A stretch of DNA of 63,594 bases, counting the filler, from Choristocarpus tenellus KU-1152 (taxonomy: Eukaryota; Protista; Phaeophyceae): the NCBI GenBank assembly GCA_964200185.2. It is 7 parts of 7 records of this genome, joined end to end, with 100 filler letters (N's around TTAATTAATTAA, not from the genome) between each part and the next. Parts side by side here need not be neighbours in the genome. Positions count along the whole stretch, not along the records: positions 8,393 to 31,430 come from CAXNAD020000268.1; positions 31,531 to 34,784 come from CAXNAD020021238.1; positions 34,885 to 54,805 come from CAXNAD020000433.1; 4 more parts are not named here. One strand, 5' to 3'. Positions 25,563 through 38,391 of this stretch are shown piece by piece. A model generated the notes under the pieces. It was not told where the DNA came from. It worked only from the letters and a program-made list of their open reading frames with translations, and did not search any database. The translations under genes and the position numbers were made by a program. Every line of letters begins with the position of its first letter. The stretch's first letter is position 1.

Positions 25563-28500
25563 TTAGGGGCAGATAGAGGAAGCGGGCGATGGTGAGTGAT
25601 AGATGGCCTCAAGTCTCTCATGATAGCCTGCCAATGCAGCCAATGGTGATACCCACTCTTGCTCGCTAGTCCCTGCCCGGTCCACCCAATCACGACTACT
25701 CACTGAGCTCTTCCCCTCGTCCACCTCAAGATGGGAGACTGGTTCCTGTAGTACCAGATCCTCTGATTGTTGCATTGGTGGTGGCAAGGATCTCTTGATG
25801 TGATGGATCCTTTTCTGGGAAGTATATTCTCCAAGCAACTCCTGCAAATCCCCAGACGATGACTTGAGGTCATCAGGTCCTTCCTCCCAAGTGGATGAAT
25901 GAGTCTGGAGATGCAACCTGTTGGACAGATGGAGGCTTCAAGTTGGTATTGCTTGTATGGAGTCTCAAAGTATCTGAGGGGGGGGTGGTGGCTATCCATT
26001 TGGGGCCTATTTTTCCATTTCGTGATTCTTGAGTGAATTTGGTTGCATGAGTCGGATGGATAATGTGAAGTGCACTTCTCCTAGTTGGGGCCCGAATGGA
26101 CACCCTGGTGTACACCCCTTCCCCCCCAGATACATTGAGCCTGGAGGAGTAAGAGGAGCAGGGGTGTTAGTTGTAGACTAGAGTTTGGGAGGGTGGACAA
26201 AAGCAACCAGCACTTGACAGCAACAAAATGAACCTTCCCATCATACATGAACAATGCTGTTGGAGCACATTTCAGAGTTGTTTGCAGGAAGAGAAGTGTT
26301 GGTGATGAGTAAAACATGAACGGTACTGAAACATGGTGTATAAACCAGAAGTCCTGGGTGAAATGATATATCTCGCTAAAATCCAAGTATTCCCCATCAT
26401 TACAATTATATTCTTGTTCTGATCCGTTTTCAAACGAGACCTATCAGTATAAATGTGTGCATGAGATAGTTTTAGTACAGATACACGGTAGCATACCCAT
26501 GTAAAACTTGGTCCCCTGCCTCACACTGACTATGGGGAGTGGGACTTGCCAGTTGAAATGCTTCCAACCGCAGTATTGCCCCTTGATGTGCACTTGCGAT
26601 AGCTAGTGAATACAAGGTGCACTAGGGGCACTATTTTTTTCATCATGTTTGGCTTTAAGGGATGAGGGGGTTACAACACCACAATGCAGACCATCAATGC
26701 AGTAGTCATCTGTCGATCAATACCCACCCCTATGAACAAGGAAAAATACATCAATCTAAGTCACTTCAAAATATTATCTTGCGAGGGGTGTAGGCAAGTG
26801 TAGATATCTTGGTTCCACTCCAGGTGAATAAAGGCCACCACAAATGGTTTCCAAAAAAATCCCCTGCAGGAAAAATGATGAAGACACCCCAGTATTCCTA
26901 TGCTCCCCTATATTGTGCATCTATTGTCAAACATTGAGATCCCACTCTTTTACTGGGTTAGACAGTCGAGGCAGACAGTCTCTTGATTGTCTGCACTGGT
27001 AGAACATTGGCATGTCAATTACTGACAAAATTAGAGGCTAGGGACCTCACCCAGCATAATCTGCGGGCCATCATTCCGCTAATTGTGCTCTCTCCCAAGC
27101 AGTCATCTCAATCTTTGTGTTTCCCCTTTAACCCGTCCCTGTACCCTCCTCTCACTCTATCTTTATCCTCCTACTGTGGGGAGCTGGGAAAGTGGTTCAG
27201 CCAGGATTCGATCCCACAACCTCTGATATTGTCTAGTATTGAGGTGCCACTGATTCACCAGGTCGGACAGTTACAACTGTAACAGACCTGGTGAATCAGT
27301 GGCATCTCAATTCTTGACATCTGGCAGAAAACGTAGTAACCAATTTGAAACACAACAGTAAGGACTACAGGGGGATCACTGGGTATCGTAGGTCAAAGTG
27401 CCTCACAACAGTTCTACTTCCAAGTCACAAGTGTGAATGGAGCTCCATTGCACTGTACAAGTATGGCTATTTAAGTGTGATTTCAGCTAGATTTAACACA
27501 TTCCATTTAGAATCAGTGCCGAAAGTAATCCATTTCAGATCTTCTTATACTGCATAGCTTTGTTCGGTTGGGTCTAGTCAACCTAATGTGTCCCACCTGT
27601 TGCTGAGTCTCTGGCCCTCACTATTGATGTCACCCCCAATGTAGTGGCTATCATGGTCATCGCTATCACCATAGCCTTTGTCACTCTGCCCATCCTTACC
27701 ACCACTGTCGATGCTTTCCTCCATCCCAAGCTCCGTCACACCCTGTACAAGAAGATCAAGGTCTTTCAGACTCAAAACTGATACTGCACTTTCCTCCTCG
27801 CCATCTGAAGTTCTGTAGTTGATGTCAGTAGTTGCAGAGCCCCTTGCATTGGACCCTACATGACCAATCCCTATCCCTAGCCTCCCACCACTGCAATCCT
27901 CAGCCTTAAGACTGTCAATCTTTGCAATACCCTGCTCTTCAACCCTGGGAGATGAACACTGGCTACTTGGCAACCTGCCACCCTCTTTACCCTCCTCTCG
28001 ATCTCTTTTCCCTTTCCCACTGTATATGCCAAGCCTTTCAGCCATATCCTCAAGTTCTGACCACCGAGCATTGCTCCCTACACTGCTTCTCCTTCTAATA
28101 TCACCACCCTCATCTTTGCCACTGGTGGAGCCCTTGTCTTGCAAGAAATCATTAACGTCCATGGCTATTGTGGAGGCCAGTCCCTTTCCACTGTCTCTGC
28201 TTGAGTGGACAGAGGCTGCATCTGGAGTAGACCTCACCATCGAAGATTCCCAGCTGGCTGTCATGTCAAAGGCCAGCTGAGATGTTGATCGACTTGATAT
28301 CATAGATGCTGAGTTCAGGGTAGATGCATATGCTGGGTTTTCAAAGTCAGAAGTGGAGACTTTTGGATAATACTTGGACCTTTCTTTTGCTTTCATCCGA
28401 TGAGTCCTGCTGCTGCCCATGCTGCTACTATCCCCAAAGGCTGACTGATCGAGATGGGATTCATGGTCACTTTGCATAGCTTTGACCACTTTCCCCTCCC

Positions 28501-31430
28501 CTCTGCTGTCACCACCAGTGCCAATGTCACCCTTTCTCCTTGACTGATCAATCTCCAGCAAACTACACGGTTGTAGACGAGAGGAAGATAGTGAACTTGG
28601 CCGAGTCGGGCTCATCAGACGACCCAAGGATTTTATTTGTCTCTCCAAGTCTCCAAGGATGAAGCTTTCGTTGATGCCCTCATCAGGGATGGTTTGCTTA
28701 TATCTTTCGGAAAGGTCATCCCCACCATTTCCATTTTCCATTGCCGTTGTAACTTCAACCTCCTCTGGTTCTTTGAACAAAAAATTCGCCTGCTGATAAA
28801 GAAAATATTTAGGTAGTTGGGGGTAGAGGGATCCCCCTCTCATTAGTGGGTGGGTTCAAGCCAAGGACTACACATGGTGGAAGTAGCAAAAGGGGAAACA
28901 CTCAGTAGCTTGAAAACAACGCTGTTGGTCCAGCTCTAACAGATTACACGTGCACCAATACCCCCATACAAACAAGTCAAGATATGGACAAACAAATAAA
29001 CAACAGTATAAAGCACCCAAGCACACATTTCACTGCAAAGGTGTAGGGGTTTTTTTACGCCTATGAAAAAAAGAGTGCCCAAAGCAACCTGTATCATACA
29101 TAGCAAATTGGAGCAATGGCTACATATCATGTGTCCTTGACATGCCTTTGTCACATTTGCATCTGCTGTGGCAGTACCATAGCCCAAGAAGGCCATCTCC
29201 ATCATCCTATCCCTGCCTGAGGAATTACTGCCACGAGACTGAGAGGCTGATATTCCAGATGCCCCTGTCCCCAGAGCTGCTCCAGATCCAGTTTCTGCTT
29301 CAGCTCTCTGTCGTGCCTCTGCTTCGCGTAATTTATCAACCACAGAGGATAGTTCCTTGTTCAACATGCTCATACGGTGGGCTTCCCAGGCTGCCATAGT
29401 TGGCCCCTGTTGTTCCTCGTAACGGATGGAAGATTTCCCATTGGCAGAGCATGAGGAGGAAGACTCTGAACCAAGTCCAGAGTCTAAGCTGAGACCTCGA
29501 TCAGATGGCTGGATGCTTGAGCACCTGTTTGCTCCTCAGCACAGATGGGGAGAGGGTGTATGTAATTTTACCATGTTTGGGTTTTGGAGAGTGAAGATAA
29601 GGGAAGGTACAGAGGTGAAGGTGGCAGAGGTAAGGAGGAAAAGGAAACATGGATTCAAAAAGATACAGAGAAGTAAATCCATACCTTCACAGTCACAAAT
29701 AGAACCTGGGCATCAAGCTGTGTTGCTGACACAAGAAGTAGTGATGTCACACCAAGACAGAAGCACAGAGATGGTATTTGTGTCTTTGGGGAAAGGGTGC
29801 TTGCTTTTCTACCAACAGGGGACACAGGCACTTTGTGTTGACCGCTGCCGTTATTTCAACGTTTCACTACTCATCCAAGACATGGGGATGGAACACTGAA
29901 TGACCGGATGTTGCATACTTGAAAGCATTATGTACTACCTGCTTACGAGGGACAAAAGGTACTCACAAGGTTGGATTGACATGATCCTTTCTGCCGCTGG
30001 CTCGATTGCTGCTCCATCTGTCCAAGAACCTCTCTTCCTTTGTTTCAACAGCACCTCCATCCATGTGTTCTTTCCTCTTTGACCAACTCCCCTCCAAAAA
30101 ACCTTCACTTTCTTCCCCTTTGCCTTGATGGTGCCTACCTTTAGAAAGGCTCTGCTCTCTGTGCCCCATCCTACTTTCCCCATTTCGTTCCCTGTGCTTG
30201 CTTGGGGTCTTTGAGGGCAGGGAGCTCCTGCCCTGTGCAACATCTGCACAGGGCTTCTTTGGGCTCTTCCTCTTTACACGCCTTCGCTGGCTACTTCCAT
30301 CATCACCATTATCTGTAGGGAGTGAATATCTATCGGTCCAAGCAACTTCCCTAGCCCCTTCCCTTGGTTTTAGTTCTTCCCCCTGCAGCCTAGGTAGTAC
30401 TGGAGCAAGCCCTTCACCTTGTCTCCCCTTACCTGCTGCCCTACTCCTCCCAGCTTGATGCCTTTTTGGCAGAGATGTGGATACCTGAGAGGCAACCTTG
30501 CCCCCCGTTGCTGTTCTTGTCAGTCCAAAAGATGACTGCAACCCCCTCTCACCCTCTTGCCTGGATTTGTTAGTGCTGCTCACCGTCGGTATGGACAACC
30601 TTAAAGCCATCCTGCTGTTCCTGCTCCTGCTCCTGACCCTACCCTTTCCTCGACTCAAGTTTCCAGGGGTTCGAACTTTACTCTCTACTGGCCTTAATAA
30701 TGTCGTGGTGGCAGCTGGCAAGGGGGGAGACATTTCAGTGATGCCTTTTGCATTGACTTCCCGGTCCATTCTGATCCCTTCATCATAGTCCCCATAGCTG
30801 GAAGTGACAGTTTCTACTCTCCTTTGCCGGGCCAGCGACGAAGAGTCAACAATGGGAACAGTACTCTCAAGCTGCTTCAGTTCCAGATTTTCTTCTGCCT
30901 TGACCAGCCTCCCACTTGATTCATCAAGGTGATTGAACCTTTTCAAGGTTTCCTTTTCCATGTCCTCATCCTCGCCCTTATCCCCATTGGCTCCATCGCA
31001 GCTCTGCTCCATAGCTTCCATTGCCACAGCTGAATCCTCTTGGACTTCAACCCCCAAAGGTTCCCCTCTTGTAAACGCCTTTTCCCATCCCACAGTGGTC
31101 CTCATCAAGCCTTCAGTTGAAATACCTCCAGATCCGTAGCTGGAAGGAGTAGGATGAGAGGGACTCAAGGGAAATTGCAACTCAGTTGAAGGGACAAAGA
31201 CCTCTCCCATATTTTGGCTCCTAGACCTCTGACTGTTATTATCCATTCTGTGGTGTTGTAGAGCTGTTAATCGTTTCAGCTGTTGCTTGCCCTCAATGAC
31301 TTCTGTGGGATTCCGCAAGAGCCCCAAGAGGGCACGGTCTGATTCCTCATACCTATCACTTATTAAATCGTCAGAATAACCAACCCCCAGGTTCCCCCCC
31401 CCCCCAGTGCGATGAAGATCCCTTCTTCTG
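25563..31430 (-). CDS. Large unidentified Ser/Gly/Glu-rich, probably disordered protein (5'-truncated at contig end)
   Basis: Long open exon-like ORFs 29963-31327 (454 aa), ~29140-29525, 27578-28790 (~400 aa) and 25563-25917 with plausible splice sites; no domain recognised. Confidence 0.6.
25962..26141 (+). mobile_element. MITE family B copy (180 bp)
   Basis: tgga|gtctcaaagtatctgagggggg...cccccccagatacattgagcc|tgga; TIR related to family A; 4-bp TSD TGGA. Confidence 0.8.
27230..27319. ncRNA. Long near-perfect hairpin, candidate pre-miRNA (intronic)
   Basis: tgtctagtattgaggtgccactgattcaccaggtc pairs with gacctggtgaatcagtggcatctcaattcttgaca (~35-bp stem, 20 contiguous Watson-Crick pairs), ~20-nt loop. 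Confidence 0.4.
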
Positions 31431-31530
31431 NNNNNNNNNNNNNNNNNNNNNNNNNNNNNNNNNNNNNNNNNNNNTTAATTAATTAANNNNNNNNNNNNNN
31501 NNNNNNNNNNNNNNNNNNNNNNNNNNNNNN
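31431..31530. other. Artificial contig linker
   Basis: 44 N + TTAATTAATTAA + 44 N. Confidence 0.97.
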
Positions 31531-31639
31531 TCATAGTCCCGCGCCTTCCTCAATTTTGAGGATCCCCTGTTCTATCCTAACCCGTTGCTTAGTGATAAGT
31601 GCGAGTTTCGAAGGCAAAGGTGGCAACGCAGTAAGTCAC

Positions 31640-31800
31640 CAAGACACCTGGAGACTCCAAGAGATTCAACCATTTCTGAAGACTTTACACGTGTGGATGA
31701 CAAGTGGTTTTCCAAGCGCAAGGACGGACACAAGTACTACTTCTATGATCACGACGAGTCTCATGCCTACGAGGTGTAGCGCAAGGGTCAAAGTGCATAC
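31640..31800 (+). mobile_element. Fragment of DD39D mariner transposase
   Basis: FTRVDDKWFSKRKDGHKYY resembles the HVDEKWFY..KDG..Y motif of the other two mariners. Confidence 0.5.
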
Positions 31801-33449
31801 TTCAGATTATCGACCCAAATCTTGACTGTATTTCCCGAAATCCAAGTCTCGACTATATTTCCACACAGAGGTAGTACTTTGGTTTGAGAACCAAGTCTGA
31901 TGGTAAGAGAGGCACTCCATACTGCACTACTTCCTTTCCCAATCACAAACGAAAAACAAAACTTGAAATGGGTAGCCCACAGAGATGATGTGGGTTCATC
32001 TCCATGGTATCACAGAATCAGGGACTAACACAAAACTCTCTATGCCTGTTTATGTTGCTTCGATCCTCAGATATTATTTCTGGTAAGTCAGACCACGCCA
32101 CAATCCTCCCTTGTTATGGAAGCAATTGGTGTATGGAGTGATGCGAGAAGATTGAAGTTGAAGGAACGGTTTTGTAGTTTTGTTTGAGGTGCGATTGGTG
32201 AGTTCTACAGTGACTAGTGAACGTACCCTCTTTGTGTGATAGAACTATTTTGAAACGATTGGTTAGGTTGATACAGGAAGTTAATAAGGTCACATGTTGG
32301 GTAAGTTAATATGCGGGTTGGAAATTTGGTTAGAGAATATCATGCTGTCGAAGTTGCAGATAGGTGTGGTAGCCATCCTTGTGTGATGTGTTGTTGATGC
32401 ACAGTTGTTGATGAACTTGACGATCTCCTGCCGTTAGTTGTAGAGCGTACAGGTCGATTGCAATAAGTTATAATAAGTGACACTCCAGAAGTTCAACTCA
32501 AAACACACGAAGAATAATTTATTCACCTGATACTTACGCAGGGGAGACCTCTCTCATTTCAGTTTATACGTTACGAAAGAAAGGGGAGGGTGCAAGCGTA
32601 TAGCAAGCAAGCTCTCACAAACCACCAAGTACTCTCATACTGCCTGCTGTAACCAACCATTGCGTTACGACTATCATAAGTGCACTGCCTCTCTTCTTGT
32701 CTTGTTTCTCGTGCATTGGGTTCAGCAATCCCAACGTATGTTCTTCCTCCTTCTTATGCCTCAAATCGTTTGCTAGACCCCCCTCTATGTCACTTGGCAA
32801 TGAAACCTTGACACCTCGTTTTGAATTTCCCGCATTTTTGTGGTACAAAGATCAGCAGGATAGTACAGGTGTACATATCTGTAGTGCCTACCACGAGGAC
32901 AGTGGACCTTTGAAAACAAATTTCCCCAACAAGAAATATGGCGTGAAGGAGCTTCCAACCCACGATAGTGAAGCAGGTAACACTATCCATCAACTGCTGA
33001 GCCACGATGAGGATAGTGGTTGAGGTGTTGGCTACCCACATTAATTCTTGGGTTCGAACCTGTTGACATCAGACTTCTATTCAGATAAATCTGGTTTCGA
33101 TTATACCGTTCCATATGGCAAGCTCGACAGATTGTTACTATGCTGACTGCGGCTATAGCACAAAATGTTGAATCTAGATAAGGTGGAAACTTTAGGGTGG
33201 GTCCAGCAGAAGATTTGAGGGAGGAGATGAAACAATGGGGGGTCGGAGTGCTGAATCCATTGAGAACAAAGGCAGGAACAGAGGTAGTAGAGTTATTACT
33301 AGACAGTAGATAGTACGAGATATTGTGGAGTATGAGGTATTGTAGAGCCTCTCACCACAGGTCGGGACAATTCCTAGACTAATGTGACTTGAACAAATAA
33401 TATTTGTATAAATAATTTTCAGAGTAGCCCTTTCTGAACACCCCACAAA

Positions 33450-33707
33450 GAGTGCAAGTATTTTAGAGGGTACGAGATTTGTCATGTTTGTCCATTTGGG
33501 GCTTGGCTTCACGTGGGTTATTTTATGACATTTTTCCACTCCAAAACGTTTCGGAGTAGATCAATGTTTACGTTTTGAAAAGGTTTATCCAGGACAAGGA
33601 TACTGACACTTCCTAACAAACACGGTAGCCAAAATTACATCAAAATCGCAACATTGGATTTTGTTCCCCAAATGGACGCGGCCCTACCCTCTAAGATACT
33701 TTGGCTT
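33450..33707 (+). mobile_element. MITE family A copy
   Basis: aaa|gagtgcaagtattttagagggtac...taccctctaagatactttggctt|aaa. Confidence 0.9.
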
Positions 33708-34784
33708 AAACTGGTACGGATAAGCAAGGCACTTCCAGATCACCCCCTCTCCTACAGGTAGGTATTTGTGAGATAAGGATTTGAGAGTATCAAGGCAGCT
33801 ATATTCAAACAAATCCTGATTTGGGGTTTGATGGCACAGATAGATGAACAGTGTTTGCTTATTGGGAAACTTGCAGATGGGAACTTGCAGTTGAAAAACC
33901 GCAGTGGAGAACTGAAAAGATGAAGTGGTCATACTTCCAAGATGACCTAGGTTATTTTCGGATTCATAATAAAAGTAGCATTCTTCATTATCTAAACAGG
34001 TCGCACAGGGAGGTGGGTGTGAGGGACTTGACCCGATTTTTCTGATGTCAGACTGGCAGTAGATATATCCTCATCACTGGACTATATTTTTGGTTCTCGG
34101 TACTGGGGAGGTGGTACCTGTTTCGTGTTTTTGGACCTTACTTATTCCTGAGCCTTTTGCTTTCCAGATTGAGATTTTCTTCATTTATTCTACACATTTT
34201 TTTCTTTTCCAATGTTGCATCTTTCTTTAATGGATTTGTGCATCCGTATTTAGTTTCTCCTCTCCAATTTTATTGCATGGGTCCGAGCACATTTTCCACG
34301 ACCTCTTTCTCCATGAAAACTACCAAATGTTCAAGCATCATCACATTATGTATTATTATTATCGTGATTTTATTTATTATTGCTACGACTATTAATATCA
34401 CTACTAATATTGTTGCAATAGTAGTTACTGTCATTACCTCTATTTACTCCTGGGAATGAAATCGTGAACAAGAACCACAATGAATCGTCCTCATCAGGAG
34501 CTGAAGAGGAAGACCCAGGACCAGGTACAGGTGTAGGTTGAGGCAGTTTAGGTGTAGATGTAGGATAAGATGATAGTGGGACCTCTTCACCAAATATTAT
34601 CAAGATCGGCACAGAAGGCAAAGATATGCATGGCAAGCATGGAAGTAATGTATCTCTCTCTTGAAGAATGGGAGGAAATTTCCTTCATCAGGAGAAAGAG
34701 AGGACGTTAGTGATGATGATGATGGCTGGGGGGGGGGGGGACTCCATTTAATCAATGTCTTGAAAAACGAGAGGAAAGATTCCT

Positions 34785-34884
34785 NNNNNNNNNNNNNNNN
34801 NNNNNNNNNNNNNNNNNNNNNNNNNNNNTTAATTAATTAANNNNNNNNNNNNNNNNNNNNNNNNNNNNNNNNNNNNNNNNNNNN
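34785..34884. other. Artificial contig linker
   Basis: 44 N + TTAATTAATTAA + 44 N. Confidence 0.97.
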
Positions 34885-35383
34885 GGCCTCCGCCCCCCCG
34901 TTGCGGGTGGGGGGGGGGGGGGGGGGGGGGGCAATGAACTGGTGGGCGATGAACCAGTACTAGCTTTCACTGAAACCTTTGGACACATAGAACAAAGGAC
35001 AGACAAGGTGGCCTGCAGTCAGCTGTTCAATAATAGTTGAGAATATTACCAATTAGGATTGTGCATTGGTAAGATAATACAAATTTGGCTACAGAAAGAC
35101 AAGTCACTCCACATCAACTTAAGTACATTGTACAGTCATCCAATCAGACGCATTACAACAAGTATTCACCACGCAACAAACCTTTGTGCACACACCAGAA
35201 AAATTCCTCTCATCCCGCCCATCGAAGCATATTGAAAGGCAGAACACCAACAAGATATGTACTACTAGTACCCAAAATATAACACAGAAATGTAAACATC
35301 GTCAATAAAACCCATCTCTAACTCTGGTGCAACAGCAGAGCAACACACAATGCTAAACACTAAGCGTGTCCAGCAACTCTTAC

Positions 35384-38207
35384 AATGGCCTCTCGTTCCT
35401 CACAGAGCACCTCTGCCCATGCTGCAGACCTCAACACTGCTCCTTGCAGCACCTTCCCAGCCTTTGCCTGACCATATCCCCTCCCCTTCGAAGTGAGTTT
35501 GACCGTGGTTGTTCTTGTTTGTGCTCCTGAGCGGAAATATTGTGGTGTTGGGGGCAAGGGGTCGAGGCAACAGACATACCGTACCTCTAACCCAAGAGAG
35601 TGACAAAGTGCAACAAACTGCGGGGTGCAGAAAGATCCAAGGGCATGCCATGGGTTGGCAAAAAAGAGAGGTCATGTACATCAAATGCAGTGAGGGCAGA
35701 ACACGGCAAGGTTTTTGGTTGGGTAATCTTGTTCATATGCTGTATCAGTCACAAAATGCATTTGAACACTCCATGCAAGAAGTATCCTAGTGGGCGCTGT
35801 TGTGACAGTGCAGCAATCTTCATTTGTATTGCCACGCACAGAATTCACTGCCTGAATTTACTTTGTGCAAATAACATCTGAAAATTGCAATTCTCACCAG
35901 CTGCACAGCCTCCTGGGTGCATCCAACTCTCTGATTGATCACTCTTAAGAGACGGTGTGGCCTCGATCCAGCCTGCCCATCCGTTCCTCCACCCCTAGCA
36001 GCTGCATCATCATCCACCACACACAGAAAGTTGTGAAACCACTCTACAAGCCTGGTCATCCCAATCACTGTCTGTGGTGCAGGTTGTCCCTGTCACAGTA
36101 GCATGCCCAACATTATTGATCCAGAACTGCTTGATGTTGAGTATAATGAAGGCAGATAGCCACTATAGACACCATTCTGACAGAAAACAATTATATGAAA
36201 TCTATATACACACTGCCCTGCAAGAGTGACCTGAGATATGTTGATGTGATTTGCCAATCAAAAGAGGTACACACATCAATAATGTCCAAATGACTAAAAA
36301 AATACCAACTACCTGCAAGTCACAGCGTACCCAAATGAAGGGCAGGGGGTTGAAACACCCTCAACCACCACATCAATACACTTCATTTTGTTGAAAGCAC
36401 ACAATCCCTAACACCAAAACTAGTCATTCAGAGTAGCTTGATTTACCTGCACAAAGAGGTCTGGGGGGAGGCATGACAAGAGAGCTGCCTGTACAGCAGC
36501 ATCCCTGGACCAAGAGTTTACAATGAAGCATCGAGCCACCAGTGCTGCCAAGTGTGCAGTGTGCAGAGACATTGCTTTGGAGCGATCTTCCTGATAGGCA
36601 ACAGATTGTACAGTATGTGAGATCCCGGAGATGGCCCAGGAGCTACGCAAATATGTGCAACTTCACGCTTAGAGCCCTGGTCCGCACTATCAACGTCTGT
36701 GTTGAATATAATGCTTAACTTCTTTTCAGCCAGATCGAGAGAGCAACTCCACAAAATCACATGCATTACTATCAAATATATTGATTAACACTCTACGATA
36801 CATTCCACCAGACCTTAACAACTTCTTGAGTACAGGAGTAGTAATGAGTGCTGGTGGTACAAATTGTCACAATCAGGAACGGCTCAATTGTCCAGCTTCT
36901 CGTTTGTTAGATCCATAGGTGCTCATTTCCCTCAAAAATGGTCTTGACTCTGATTCAGATCACATGGCATCAATGGCTTACGACTCACAGCTGAGAAACG
37001 GTGAGGTTTTTCCTTTCCCTTGCCTTTGCTCTTCTTCTGGTCCCCAGCAGATACTTGGTCAGGGAGGTCCTTGCTCTGACCACCCAACAGTGCCAGCTTC
37101 TCTTCCTCTTCTATGCCATCCATACCAGGAAGCTCCACAATAATGTCACCGTCATCCCCCAACCACTGCACAAGAAGAGTGATCAAGTTAAATCACTTCA
37201 CACTCAGCAGCAGGCATGTCCTTGACCTTGTCTTAGGTGCAAAGACAAAGGGTACATCAACGTGCCTAAGAACTTTGTTGTGATTCTTCCCATTTTTGTA
37301 TCATTGCACATTGTACATTGCGTGCACTCTCTTGAGCATATTTGATACAATAACTAGCTCAGCTTGGGATTGCATTAACACGTACACATCGCCAAGGGAA
37401 GGGAGAGCATTTCAGCTTAAGCCAGTACACGTCAAAGCGTAGAAATGAAGCAGAGTGGAGGGACTTGAAATTGTCAGTGTAAAGCTCTAGAGTGAGAGGG
37501 GCGGAGACGACATGATGTACGCGAGTTTGCTCTGTTCACTCTCAACTCACCATTCGCTCCTGGGGTTCGTCATCTTCTGACTCATTTTCCTCTATGCCAC
37601 TTCCCAACTCCCAATGTACCCCCTCATCCTCCCCTACAGAGGTTTCAGCCATGTCCCCACTCTCCCACTTCGTGGCGCTCTCTCCATCTGCGAGCAAGAC
37701 ACAGTGACTAACTGTCACAACATTAACTCTGTGACACAGGGCCCTCACATCAATCGAGATTATTGCATGCAAACAGAAACAAGGGATGCTATAATATGCA
37801 GCCAACATGTATAGCCTGACAGGAGGAAACTTTCCTGGAAATAGTACGTGGTTGCTTCGCAGGGTGTACAAATATGTAGAGGTAGATACTATTTTGTACA
37901 GGATTCAAACTTGCACATCTTGTCGACGAGGGTAACATTACCTTCCCAATCCATTGCATCCTCATCCTCATCTTCCTCCTCCTCTTCTATATCATCCTTG
38001 TTGAACCCTTGGGAGAGAGATTTTGATTTCTTGGTCTGTTACAATGAGAGTAGAGGGAGCCAAACAAGGGTGAGTGTCTCAACACAAACGTCCCCTGTTA
38101 AATTCTGCAATCAAATCTCTCTATATTTTTCCCGACTCTCTCCTCAAAGTTGGCTGCAACCAATGACCAAGGAGGTGTGGCCGACCATTCGCAACATTCA
38201 CCTCCAT
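35384..38207 (-). CDS. XPC: DNA damage-recognition protein RAD4/XPC, N-terminal part (3'-truncated at contig end)
   Basis: Exons 36447-36590 (EDRSKAMSLHTAHLAALVARC..DAAVQAALLSCLP), 35898-36089 (RLVEWFHN..RVGCTQEAVQL) and 35384-35617 (FVALCHSLGLEVRYVCCLDP..AWAEVLC) follow the Rad4 transglutaminase-like domain motif order. Acidic N-terminal exons at 36989-37165, 37550-37687 and ~37942-38035. Start at 38207 is tentative. Confidence 0.8.
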
Positions 38208-38391
38208 TTTGACGTCTGTAGGTGGTCCTCAAATTTGCGTACTATATAGAAGTTCTACTAGAGTAGTTAATATCATAGTTTAGTTTCTGCTGTTTCAATT
38301 ACTGAACTTGTTTTGGGGATTGTGGGTAAGGGTTACGTATCATTAGTATCAAGATGTTGTGATATGTTCACGGATATAGAAGAGGTTTTGA
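38208..38391. promoter_or_regulatory. Putative compact bidirectional promoter between XPC and biotin ligase
   Basis: About 185 bp separate the two predicted divergent start codons; positional inference only. Confidence 0.4.

Noticed and set aside
32530-32560. atacttacgcaggggagacc resembles the 5' end of U1 snRNA
   Set aside because: It lacks the invariant ACTTACCTG, and no U1 stem-loops or Sm site follow; more simply a minus-strand GTAAGTAT donor-like sequence or chance.
33011-33062. Pol III A-box/B-box-like spacing (tagtggtt...ggttcgaacc)
   Set aside because: No cloverleaf or acceptor stem and no second copy in the window; at most a decayed SINE head.
17230-38207. DNA repair/meiosis gene cluster (SPO11 plus XPC)
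   Set aside because: The two genes are separated by two artificial linkers, so physical linkage is unsupported.
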